Below are positions 11,570 to 24,056 of a DNA stretch of 64,000 bases, one piece after another. The translations under genes and the position numbers were made by a program. Origin of the DNA: Octopus sinensis (lineage: Eukaryota). The stretch is from contig NC_042998.1 in the NCBI RefSeq assembly GCF_006345805.1, positions 74,896,001 through 74,960,000 on the forward strand, given 5' to 3'. The notes below the pieces were generated by a model that was not told the DNA's origin, made no database searches, and saw only the letters and a program-made list of their open reading frames with translations. Position 1 is the first letter of the stretch. The number at the start of each line of letters is the position of its first letter.

Positions 11570-13080
11570 AACTGACTCAACACCACGGTAAACTACCACA
11601 CATATACGGTCTCCCTAAGATTCACAAGGATGGTATTCCATTAAGACATATATTGAGCTGTAGAGGTTCAGCATGTCAACAAGTGAGCCGCTTCCTTGTG
11701 GATTAACAGGAAAGACAACATCGTACGTACAGAATTCTTCCCAATTCACAGAATTGATCAAGGATACTCCCATTGAATCCAACCAGATGGTGCGTCTAGA
11801 TGTGATAATCCTGTTCACCAAAGACCCAACTGCTGAAGCACTATCGGTGATACAAGAAAAACTAGTGACAGACACGCATCTAAAAGAACGTACTAGTATA
11901 CCAATCAGGAACTTGATGGAAATGTTGATCTTCTGTGTAGAAACTACCTACTTCAGTATGGACACTGATATATATCGACAAGAAAAGGGGCTAGCTATGG
12001 GTTCGCCATTATCACCCGTAATAGCCAATATATAAATGGACTACTTTGAGAATTTGGCTTTAGGATCAACACCACTAAAACCAGCACAAGGGCTACGATA
12101 TATTGATGACACCTGTATACTCTGGCCCCACTAGGAAGATAGCCAAGTGCTGTTAGATCATGTGAACTCAATGATCTAACATTGAAATCAATGTTAAATC
12201 ATTGATCACAATGATCTAACATTGAGATCAATGATCTCACTATTCGATCATCCATACAGTTCACAATGGAGAAGGAAAAAGACAATCAGCTGGCATTCCT
12301 GGACGTATTGATAACACGCACCAAGTATGGATTCGGGACAACCGTATACCGCAAGCCGACCTTTACTGGACGATACCTCAACTTCAATTCCCACCATCCA
12401 TACAGTGTAAAGAGAGGGATTGCTCAGTGCCTAAAACATCGTGCAAAGAATATAAGTAGTGATCGTGATACACACCACAATGAAATGATCAAGCTCAATA
12501 ACGATCTATTAAGCACCAACTACCCCAAAAGTATACTATCCACTCCAATTATGAAGAAGAGAGAGAATGAGGCCAATAAACTGTCCACAATCTGTCTACC
12601 CTATGCGAAAGGCCTCTCCGAAAAGACAGAAAAGATATGGGGCCCATATAACATCACGACAGTATTCAAGAGTAATACAACACTTCGCAAATATCTCCTT
12701 CCAGTAAAACCACCAATAGAAGAGAATATGACCAAAGACTGCGTGTACTCCATCCCATGCAGCTGTGGTAGGTTATACAAAGGCGAAACATGCCCCCACT
12801 CAAAATAAGGGTAGACGAACATCGCAAAGCTGTGACACGATGAGATATTGATAAATCGGGTATAGCTGATCATGTATGGAAAAATGGAGTCCACATCCCC
12901 GGTGCGATGAAGTTAAAATGATAGACAGAGAAGACCACTGGAAAATACGAAAACTAAAAGAAGCAGCACGTATGCTAGGAGACAACAACCTCCTAATCAG
13001 ACCGAGTGCAGATATGAACAGCATATGGGAACCGGTATTAAGGAAGGATAGACAATTATTAGACTTATAAGCCCTAAAAT
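11570..13080 (+). mobile_element. Decayed Penelope-like retroelement, RT followed by GIY-YIG endonuclease
   Basis: PHIYGLPKIHK, GLAMGSPLSPVIAN, RYIDD, FLDVLI, VYRKPTFTGRYLNFNSHHP, CVYSIPCSCGRLYKGET, RKLKEA. Several stops and frameshifts. Confidence 0.95.
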
Positions 13081-13094
13081 TAATTCCATAATGG

Positions 13095-13535
13095 GGTAAT
13101 GTTATGTGGTTTGTTAGTGCTTGCTCTTGGACAGCATAGATTAGAGCCTCCGTTTCCCGTTTTAAATCACTTTTAGCCATCATTCACAATCATCTTTTTT
13201 CTCTATCTGTCTTATCATCAACATCTCTATGAAATTGTCCATGCATTCTTTTCTTTATCCACCTATTTTCAGTTTCATTCATTCTCAAGTCCTTGTACAA
13301 TGCTTTATCTTTGCAATCTTTCCTCCTACACAAGCCCGACCTTCTGACTGATAATAGTAGCGGTTCTGTGGCATTTTTTTATATATACCATGCTATGTTG
13401 TTTTCTTCTGCTTTAATGCTGTGTTTGCATCCAATAAGTTGTCTTCACCTGCTTTTTTTAGGTACATACAGTCTGTCTGTCACTTACTGGGTGGAATGTC
13501 TCATATCTAGTTAGCAACTCCCTTGTCTTTCTGTC

Positions 13536-13538
<3 letters not shown>
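13095..13538 (-). mobile_element. R4/Dong-clade (RLE) LINE fragment, 5'-truncated at the microsatellite
   Basis: IDRKTRELLT..., KKRMHGQFHRD, SDLKRETEALIYAVQEQAL: post-RT motifs typical of R4/Dong elements. Confidence 0.8.
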
Positions 13539-13599
<61 letters not shown>

Positions 13600-13610
13600 T
13601 TCTTCTTCTT

Positions 13611-13672
<62 letters not shown>

Positions 13673-13726
13673 TACAACTACTACTTCTACTACTACTACT
13701 TACTACTACTACTACTACTACTACTG
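13538..13726. repeat. Compound triplet microsatellite (TAT)n-(TCT)n-(TAT)n-(TAC)n
   Basis: Direct reading. Confidence 0.95.
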
Positions 13727-13792
13727 GAATTGAACACGGAATCTTGGGATTAGTAGCCTGCGCTCTTAATCACTATGCCATATGCCCGCATA
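13727..13792 (-). mobile_element. Second copy of the tRNA-like head of the 9097 element
   Basis: Minus strand GCGGGCATATGGCATAGTGATTAAGAGCGCAGGCTACTAATCCCAAGATTCCGTGTTCAATTCC aligns to 9097-9160 and is again followed by a triplet tract. Confidence 0.8.
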
Positions 13793-15149
13793 TGACCATA
13801 TATTACAACAGACTAGGAGCAAACACGAACAAATCTACCTATATTTAAATAATTCCGATTGTTTGGGAGGTGATATTGTACGCAAATGTTTTCATTTATC
13901 GATCAGTTTGATGTCATTGACTGGAAATTTATTTTAAAATTATCGAAGAAAAGAACAAAACATAGATGTGGCTGCTTATGCAAGGAATAGTTTTTAGATT
14001 AACTTAGGAAATGGAAATTATTTAAGATATCATACATGTGCTTTAGAATTCTACTTGATTTATTATATTGTTAACAATGTTAGCAACAATATTATTTATT
14101 CCAAGATTTAGTAAATTCTTGATACATCAGCTAGTTAGTATTGGTATTTTTATTATTTAGACACGTACAAAAGTTGCTTTAAAATGCTATCAATAATTCT
14201 ACTGTATATTATAGATATTTACTGCACGGCACAGGGATTCTTACAATATACAACAGTAAAGACATCCGAAAGATCTATAACAGCACATAAGTTTATGCAG
14301 TAAGACTGACTGACTGACTCCATTTACTTTCGAAATTTAATGATAAAATATCTATAATAACTCCAAGAATTCGTTACGAATTTTGCTGAAACATTTAACT
14401 GTTACAAAGCTAGTTGTAATTACTTCTCACATTAATATGAAAGCGGTCCTTACAACAGTGAGGTTAATTTAATTATCATATGAAATGGACTGATTAGTCT
14501 GTGTATTTAATTTGATTAGATGATTAATAATTATGAATATAAGCAATCTCTCGCTCACGTTGCATATGAAATGTCAGAGGTTGAGTTAATAAAACTGCTT
14601 CTTTAATAGATTGTTTTACATTTGCACAGTCAATTGGAGACAGTCCATTTGGCTGACAATCTTCGAATAAAATAAAATATGCTCACCTACAAATTACACT
14701 CTTTTACCTTGTACCTTTTCTGTTAAATTGAATCTCTATATCTCAGTCACTTTCCAACCTCTGTTTCAGCATTAAATTTTGCTTTGTTTTTATCCACTAT
14801 TTTAATGTTTTATATAAATAACATCCAGCACGCTTACACATGCACATAGATGAATAAATATAAACCCACAAATACACATAGACATGAAAAACACGTACCA
14901 CTGTATGTTGTTATATTACGCACAGATTCTTATATGTAACAAGCTACTCAAGTTTCATGGAAGAACGAAAATATCCTAGTATAAAAACTGAATACTATGT
15001 GCAAATAAGATACTGTATTTAGAATATAAATAACTATCAAAAGTATTGAGTGCATTATTTTGCTGAACATAGCAGCAACAATCAGTATATTATGTGTATG
15101 CGTTTGTGTGTCCATATATATGTGTGCGTGTGTGTGTGACGATTCGATT

Positions 15150-15185
15150 CCCTCATACTAAGCTGCTCTAATGTCATAAAAAATG

Positions 15186-15242
<57 letters not shown>

Positions 15243-15301
15243 CACACACACATACACACAAACACACATATAAACGTTTTACGAGCAGCTTGGTATGAGG
15301 G
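15150..15301. mobile_element. MITE-like element with 19-bp terminal inverted repeats around a CA/TA microsatellite
   Basis: CCCTCATACTAAGCTGCTC (15150-15168) versus GAGCAGCTTGGTATGAGGG (15283-15301), 18/19 complementary. No clear TSD. Confidence 0.45.
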
Positions 15302-16559
15302 TCAAACTGACTAGTTTTATCTCTGATCATTTTCAAAAGAGATCGCTTACCCTGGCCTACTAAATTGTTAAAGAGTAGAGCAAAAACTATTTATAATAAA
15401 TGTAAACAACATAGTAACTAGCATATTTATTGACGTAATTTTTAGCACAAGGTTGATGGCCTCATATTAATAGCTAGAGTAAAAACTCCGTATGATATAG
15501 TATACATAAATATGTATACCGTGTGATATTTATATGGTTAATTAATACATACACTCATACACGCAAATAATTATGCCAATGTGTTTAAACTTACATGTAA
15601 GACAATCTCTCTCTCTCTATATATATATATGTATGTATGTGTGTGGATTTGTGTGTGTGTATGTAATGTGTGAATGTGAGGTGCTCGTAGGTGTGTATAT
15701 AAATAATTGAAATAGAAGCTGATGGAAATCAACACTGTCTCTATGGCTGGCTGAGTTAACGAGCTACTAGATACATCACATTTTGTTTCCATTAACCTCA
15801 GTGTCAAGTATCTACTTGAGGTAAAATGTATTCCAATTCCACGTAGATTAAAACAGATGACAATAATATGAGTGGGGGTGAAATCGTCACCTAAAACTAC
15901 AGAGACATTGATATCCAATAAAGAAGCGATAAACAACTTGCTTGCACATTCTCTTGAAATGCTAAAGAGAAATATCTGGTGTGGTTCCGATTAATGTGTT
16001 TGTTCTTCAAAACTCTCAAAATGGCGTTTATAAAACATACGATTTGCTAAGTTTGCACAATAAATTGAGCCATTCTATTTCGAAAAATAACTCATTGCAT
16101 ATCTTTAAAAATATCTTTAAAACACTCTTTAGAGTATTTACACATACAATGACTTTCCATAATACTGAAGGAAATATTAATAATGTCACCAATACTCTTA
16201 GGGAAGAAAATATCCCCTCCAGGGCTCATGAGCAGTTTCAACCATCCTACACTCTTTCGGAGTTAGCGATAGATTTAATACGTAACCCCTACATGTATTC
16301 CCTAACAAATGTAGCCTGAAATAGCGAAATTCCTGATTAAAGTTGAGGTGTAGATAGTGTAGGCAGACAATATTGTGTACCTTTAACTTGCAGTGTATAT
16401 TGAAGATGGTGAGACATTATGTTTATGATATAAGTTAAAATAGTGATATACTGTGGTATCATGAATTTGTGTAGGTTTAGGTTGTGGATTAGATGTAAAT
16501 TGAAGTTGTAGTCTCTGGTTGAAGGTGTAATGGAGGTCGAATTTGAAGAGTACGTGATG

Positions 16560-17912
16560 TAGGTCGAAACTGGTTTGTTGTGATGCCTAGTAGTGCTATT
16601 TTCTGTATGTTATATATACTTGTATATCCTGGTGTTTTTGTTACGTATTTGTCTGAATGTTTTTTTTATTACACCTAATGCGCCTACTGCGATAGACATT
16701 GTTTCTGTTTTTAGGCCCCACATTCGAGTTAACTCTATTTCCAGATCTTTGTATTTGGAAAGTTTCTCCATTTCTGTTAGAGAAACATTGTGATATGTTG
16801 GTACTGATAGATCGATTAGAAAGCATTTTTTCTTGGTGATCTCTGGTAACTATATCCAACCTATTGGCCTTAATTTCTTTGTGTGTATCCAAGAGTATGG
16901 TTGGTTTCTCATTTCCCGACCATTTCTGGCGTGTGCTTATATCATCTTTTTCTTGTTGTTATTCATAGTGTTGGTATAGCTTCCAGTGTATATAGCTCCT
17001 AACTCTGTTGTTTTTGTGAATATATTCCTTTTTAGCCAGGACTGGGCAGCCACAAACAATATGATTTATTATTTCTTGTCCATCTCCACATATTCTGCAT
17101 TTACTTGTGTTTCTTTTCATTACATGTTTTTGGTGATTTCTGGAGGGAAGGCTTTGATCTTGTGCTGCAATTAAAAATCGTCCAGTTTCTGATTTGAGTC
17201 CTGAGCTTCCGAGCCATTGTTGGGATTTTGCTTTCTCTATTTCTTTTCCGTTTGATTTAACCCAATATTTGTCATGAAGAGGCTTTTCTTGCCATCGTTT
17301 TACCATGATCCGTTGCTGTTTCAGTTTTAGTTTGGATTTCAGTTGTTTTACGGCTTTTGTTGTTTCTTATTTTTCTTCATAGTTGTTAGGTACTATGACT
17401 ATCTTTTTGTTTTTTTCGTGTTATGTGGATATTTGTATTTGTTTCCTTACTTCTGAAGTAGGTATTTCTGTAGTCTTATAGTGGTTATTTTTTAATAGCT
17501 TTCTAGCTGTATAAGGCAGGCCTTTACCACATTCGATACGTTATGTATATTGCCTTCCTATGTCAGCTTTTAGTGATACATCCTAAACTTTGTCATTATT
17601 TTTCTTGCTTTCCTGTCTATTTTGATTAGTTCATTTAGACTCTAGTTACGAATATTGTAGCTGTAATTTATAACTGGGACGGCTAGAACATTGACACATA
17701 TCTTCTTTTTCGCACTGAATCTGTTTACAGTATTAATCTAACTCGACTATAGAATTCCTTTCTTGTCTTCTCTTTCATTTGTGTGTGTTATATCGTATCT
17801 CGCTCACTAATTCCTAAGTATTTGTATGTCTGGATTTGCTCTAATTCTCTTATTTCATTTGCTTCATTTAGTGTGATGTTGCTACTCTTAACTAGTTTTC
17901 CTCTTTTCAAAA
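16560..17912 (-). mobile_element. R4/Dong-clade LINE, 3' part (RT end, CCHC knuckle, restriction-like endonuclease), decayed
   Basis: YKYLGI, LAVPVINYS, IDRKARKIMT, GLKSETGRFLIAAQDQSL, CRICGDGQEIINHIVCGCPVLA, NRLDIVTRD (PD..D region), IQKIALLG. Confidence 0.9.
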
Positions 17913-18104
17913 GACGTCATGACAATATGGCAAGAACGATTCATTGGGCGGTCTGTGAAAATCACGGCCTACAAGGAACAAAAAACGTAGTATGAGCACA
18001 CCCCAGGAGCCAATGATAATAGTCAATGAATCACTGAGAATAACAAAATCCTGTGGGATGCAATGATTCAGTGCGATCACCTGACCAAGACATTGGAACC
18101 GGAC
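17905..18104 (+). mobile_element. R4/Dong-clade LINE fragment (post-knuckle/RLE region) of a different family
   Basis: FKRRHDNMARTIHWAVCENHGL...YEHTP...NNKILWDAMIQCDH, ending at (TAT)n. Confidence 0.75.
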
Positions 18105-18145
18105 TATTATTATTATTATTATTATATTATTATTATTATTATTAT

Positions 18146-18190
<45 letters not shown>

Positions 18191-18293
18191 CAGCAGTAGT
18201 AGTAGTTCTTTGTATCACAGGTTTTGTTGGAACTCCTGGAGTCATGAATACATAGCGGGCTTCCTGCATGTTGCCTACGGTATCATCCTATTA

Positions 18294-18375
<82 letters not shown>

Positions 18376-18480
18376 TATTATTATTACTATTTTTGTTACT
18401 ATTATCATTATTATTATTATTATTATTATTATATTATTATTATTATTATAATTATTATTATTATATTATTATTATTATTA

Positions 18481-18519
<39 letters not shown>

Positions 18520-18535
18520 CATTACTATTATTTGG
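18105..18535. repeat. (TAT)n/(TAG)n triplet tracts with an ~85-bp unique interruption (about 18200-18285)
   Basis: Direct reading. Confidence 0.9.
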
Positions 18536-18540
18536 GTAGT

Positions 18541-18710
18541 ATGCCGACAGAAACCGTAGCACGCCATGTATAATGCTTAGCGGCATTTCGCCCGTCTTTA
18601 CATTCAGAATTCAAATTCCAACGAGGTCGACATTGCCTTTCGTCCTATCGAGGTTGATATATTAAGTAGCAGTTATGCATTGGAATCAAAGTAATTAACT
18701 AACCCATTTT
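18541..18710 (+). mobile_element. SINE family B, diverged
   Basis: Aligns to the family-B head and body. Confidence 0.8.
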
Positions 18711-18750
18711 CATAAGAAAAACATTTCAGGTGCTTCGCCTATAATGGAAA

Positions 18751-18835
18751 GGATGGCGAGCAAGCAGAATCGTTAGCCCGCCAGACAAAATCCTTGGCGG
18801 CATTTCGCTCGTTCAAATACCGCGGAGTCGATAAG
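18751..18835 (+). mobile_element. SINE family B head fragment
   Basis: GGATGGCGAGCAAGCAGAATCGTTAGC... matches the family-B head. Confidence 0.7.
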
Positions 18836-18924
18836 ATGGGAAGCAGTCGAGATTGGACTCAGAATAATAGACTAGATTCCTTCCCCAAAACAATCAGTGT
18901 TCAGTTGTAGAAGAGTGACATAGA

Positions 18925-19317
18925 TATTATTTTCTACTCTCGGCACAAGGCCCGAAATTTTTGGAGAGGGAGCCGGTCGATTAGATCAAACTCAGTACGC
19001 AACTGGTATTTAATTTATCGCCCCGAAATGTTGAAAAGCAAAGTTGACCTCGGCTGAAATTTAACTCAGAACGTAAAGATAGACGAAATACCTATTTCTT
19101 TACTACCCACAAGGGGCTAAACACAGAGAGGACAAACAAGGACAGACAAAGGGATTAAGTCGGTTACATCGACCCCAGTGTGTAACTGGTACTTAATTTA
19201 TCTACCCCGAAAGGTTGAAAGGCAAAGCTGTCCTCGGCGGAATTTGAACTCAGAACGTAAAGACAGACGAAATACTGCTAAGCATTTCGCCCGGCACGCT
19301 AACGATTCTGCCAGCTC
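18925..19317 (-). mobile_element. SINE-B dimer (head + B1 module + second body with B2 tail)
   Basis: Two bodies joined at AGACGAAATACC|TATTTCTTTACTACCCAC (19092/19093). Confidence 0.85.
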
Positions 19318-21244
19318 AAGAAGTAAACTAAAAGTGAATATTATTGTTTTTCATTTCTTTTTAAATGGCTAAATTGACTCCTATACTTTTCCGGTGTTTT
19401 AGTTTCCATATATGGCCTCTTGAAGCCGCTTGCTACACAAGTACAATTTCTACATAATCCACAGATGTTCAAGCTGAATATCAGCTGTAAAATCTCACCA
19501 CTGAGGAGGCTTGAAAAGTTATCAGCTTTCCTTCTGGCTTTTATTGATTTATAAAACGAAATCACTGTGAAGAGCCATCAGAGATAGATTGTTCATATTT
19601 TGCAAAGGAGATCCATCCTCAATGTTTTTCATCATTTGAATGGTGAGTGGGGGTGGGGTGGGGGACAAAAACTTCTTGAGAAAAATATATGGTTTGAGGC
19701 AGTAAAACGCTAAAGAATTTTCGTATGTGTCGCGTCCATGTCTCTGTTCTATCTGCTATAAAGCATACTTAAAGCGATTGCATCGAGGCGGGAGGAACTT
19801 TAGTTTATTTCAGCTGATATCGGTAAGCAAGATAAAATACAGTGTCTTAAAATTGTTTTTAACGAAAACTAATAATAACGTGTGAACCCATACGATAGAC
19901 GACGGTATGTAGATCATGCACTTCTTAACTTTACTAAACCCAAAGTGATGCACATGTAAAGAGAGAAACATGATTTCGGAAGATCCAGAAAATTTCAAAT
20001 CGCCGAGAAAAGAAAAGAAAAGAAAGATCATTAAAAGGAAAGATCATTAAATCGGATATAATGATAGATTATACGATTAATTTGGAAAGGAAAATCAAAA
20101 ATTTGCCACTCTTTCTCTCTTCCTTTTCTAAATTAATTCTCTCTCTTTTCTCTCCCCATATTTCTCACTTTTTCACTCTCCGTGTGTTAATTTGGCTATT
20201 TCATTTTCCTTTGATGTAAGAAACTTACTACCTATTAACTCAAAGATAAAGATCAGTCTAGACTGATTGATCTAAAAAGGAGTATCAAAGAGACATGATA
20301 TTTTATGGTATATCTTATAAAAGTTTGTAATCAGTAGCCTTCGATATTTTTCCGATTTATTGGTGTAAGATGATTCAATGGGGAAATAAAGAATTTTTTT
20401 CTGAAACGACAGTGTTTCAAAAGATAAGATTTAATCATTTACATACGCCACAGTATTCGTTTGTTGCAGTAACTTTCAGCAGTATGCAGAAAATGTATTC
20501 GGTCGTCATAAGATATGATTCCAAAATTTAAATCCGATATTTATCTTTAGCTGCTGAGATATTTGATAGTTTATTATGATTAAAACAAAACATTAACATC
20601 AACTTCAGAGCATATCATTATCGCCATACCCTCTCTTTTTCACGCTGCATTATTAAATCCTAATGTGGCATCAAACAACTCAGATACGTGTGAATTTCAG
20701 AAAAAATCCTCACCTATTTTGATTGTAATCGCTAAGAATGAAACGATAAAGAAGATCACATGCACTTCCTTCATACAGAAAAACAAAATTCTATAATTCT
20801 TTTTACGCTTAATGTTTCATAACTCTTCCATGAAAAAGGGAAAAACGGGAATATTATTTCAGCTACGAAACAATATACCCTGTATATTATCATAAACAAG
20901 ATATTAACACTGATATACACGTTCTGTGTTTCGCCTACAGCAGGTTGTGATAATATCAAAACACGTTAGTTATTCGATGTCAGAAGTATTGCATATTTTA
21001 AGGATAGCAAAGTGCTGCAGTATGTTGGTCGTCAATTTTAGATTCTTATCGATTTCATAAAATGCATTTGCCGAACAATTTTTAAATTCATTTATAAACA
21101 AATTATCTTTCCTTCACATTTCTTTTGATATTATTTTCAGGCAATATTTTCTTAAATTTAAGAAATAATAAAATTGTGAATTAATGCAATTTCTCTCTCT
21201 CTCTCTTTCAATTGTTATTTTACATAAAGAAGCATAAATGTATT

Positions 21245-21251
21245 ACACACA

Positions 21252-21297
<46 letters not shown>

Positions 21298-21330
21298 CAC
21301 ACGCACACACACACATACAAACACACGCAC
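21245..21330. repeat. (CA)n microsatellite
   Basis: Direct reading. Confidence 0.9.
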
Positions 21331-21334
21331 ATTG

Positions 21335-22143
21335 TCTATAGATGGATACATATACGTGTGTGTGTGTCTGTGTGTATGAAGATGTGTATGTAATCGCTTT
21401 CATGTTTATGTAATCATTTAAGATGAGTTAAGAGCAGAATCAAGATGGGAGCGTTGACGCATATTTACATATGGGTGTTGTTGAACAAAACCTCAAAATA
21501 TTTCGCCATTGACGAACGATGCTTCAATCTCCATTGCATTTGTTAGAAATATTTCTGAAAGAAAACGTAATGAATATTGGGGCAGTGCTGCGATCAATCA
21601 TTTTACATAGTAAACACGTTGGTTGTCTTAGAATATCGGTAATCTATTAAACGGAATATATTTTATACTTTAACCATAGAGATGTAAACGTTTTAACATA
21701 TGAACTTTTCAGCAGGAAGAATTATCACATTAATTGTAAAGTAAATAGAATTTGTTGAGATTAAATCGATAAAGTCATCAGTCAATTTGCTAACAATAAA
21801 GAAGCTGAAAACGACGGTATCATCTCGGAAATGTGAAAGGGAGTTACTTTTCTAGCTCACAATGAAAATAACTCTGTGACCATGTCAATTAAGTAACAAA
21901 TGAATTGTTAGGCTCCTTTTCTGCTAGTGTTGATAAAATAAGTATTCGTTCAATACTGATATCGATGTAATCGACTATATGTTTTCCCAAAATGCTCTTA
22001 TTAGAAATCCATTGAAAAAAAAAACTCATTCGAAATCGGTCGTTAAATATTAATTTTTTATATAACATAATTCCGCCAATGAAAATCAAGATCCGTTTTG
22101 ATTAATAACAGTATCAACTATCACGTAACGAAGCACACGGAAA
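21335..22143 (+). repeat. Left arm of a long inverted duplication
   Basis: Reverse complement of 24057-24836, roughly 90-95% identical by eye. Confidence 0.95.
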
Positions 22144-24056
22144 AAATCCAGAAAATTTGGTTTCAATTTCCTATTTAAGGCATCGTTGAGGATTCACCTT
22201 GCTTTACTTCCGTCATATAATATTTATCTTGGAGAAAATATGCTAAATACTTTATATCGCATATATTTTCTAACAAATGGAATGTAAGAATGTAGACTTG
22301 TTTTTAAAGATATTGGTTATTTTGTTCCTTTACATTGTCAGTCTTCAACAGTCCCATAGATATAGATATGCAATCACTCCATTTTATCACAGAAATAAAA
22401 AATTACATTGATTTCCCAGGGTTCTTTTTGCGTTTAGATTTATTAAACTTAACAGGAGTTGAGTGCGTTAAATATTTTTGTAAAAATATTTGTTACAGCT
22501 GAGAGTTAACATGCAATATTTACATAGTCACTCCTTTGGTGTTTTGCTCTCTTTGGTTGTAATTGTTAAAATCCAGTTATTTCTGAAATAGGTACACACT
22601 TTTTATTTGATCAGGTTTCATCAGTTCATAACAGATGCAACATAGAGTGGAAGATCAGAAAAATGTTTAAACAAAATTCCCAAAGTAGGGAAAATGATGG
22701 TGAGAAGCGGACAGGTTACTTTGTTTTGGAACATACATTATTGTGTAGTAGAGCCATAAAATATTTTCCCACAAATTTGTTGCTATCACAACCTGCAATA
22801 TATTGAAATCATTTGAAAGTTTAGCTCCCTGCGATTTTACTGTATGGTTTGAAGTAAATTGGCAACATCTTTAAGAAACGTATGTGTATCACGCGTCGGA
22901 TGATATATATTCCCTAGTTTTATTGATTTTTCAAATTATCTCTTGTGATTTCCTTTACTTGACATTCTTAAGACGTTAGGTGCGCCGATTTAGGTTCTCG
23001 GTCCTATAAATAAAAATTAGACCTGCATTTTCCATCAGTTTTATTCTGTGGAAAACACTTATTACCGGTATGTCCACGCATATGGTGATCCAGTACTGAG
23101 GATGAGGATGATAAAAACGACGACAACGATGACCACAATGATGACGGCGATGATAATAATGTTGATAATATAGAACTGTTCTAGTGTATTGAATAACGGT
23201 GTTCAAGAGTTAGTTATGTTTCCACATATGTCTGGATAAGGAAACTAGATAGGAAAACAGATTTATTTGTATGCTATCAAGCATGTACGAGAGTTGTGTA
23301 GTCTCCATACCAATGGCGATCAGTTGTTTTGATCTAACTCTTACATTGATAATACTTCTTAGGTACATGTAGACCTTCAGGGAAGTGCCATTTGTACATT
23401 GCCGTTCCTTATTTCTACACTTAGTATGACATATTAACTAACCCCACCAGGACGTCAGATAGTTTTCATATGTCTTATTGGTGTCATCTTCTTCGCAAAC
23501 CTCTCGACTTATTTGATTGTGAGATTTGAACGGTTGAAATAAGCAACAAGATTCACGGGAAAAACCCATCAATGATTAGGTGAACGGCCTCAAAGTGACA
23601 CAACATAAATGACGCATAAATGACGCTAAAGTGCTTGGTGTTACTTACTTGACATGGTCACAAAATTGTTTTTATTGTGAGCTAGAAAAATTGCGCATTG
23701 ATTGATAAAATTTTCGCTTCATGTCTCGTAGCGTACAAGAGTTCTTTCCTCTTCATATTAAAACAATCCCCATTCATACCTACTCAAACTGAGATTAAAT
23801 AATTTCCTTGGCTTATGTAGTGATGGCATCTTCTGTTTCTTTTTCCACCGGAACCTTACATTTTCATATGTTCGGTGTCTGTCTTACATGTTCCAAACAT
23901 TGCCTGGAGAGACATAAGATACAATATTTTCTAATGTCGCTTTGACTTCAGCTAATTCTTTTTACGCCATTCTCGTTAGTAAATCTATAATTTTTCACTT
24001 CCTACGTTGTTTCCAACTTAGATTTTTCCCACAATTTCTGTCAGTCAGAGGTTGTA

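Noticed and set aside
17905-18104. Twin-priming inversion of the adjacent Dong element
   Set aside because: The fragment's protein differs from the equivalent region of the 16560-17912 element, so it is not the same template.
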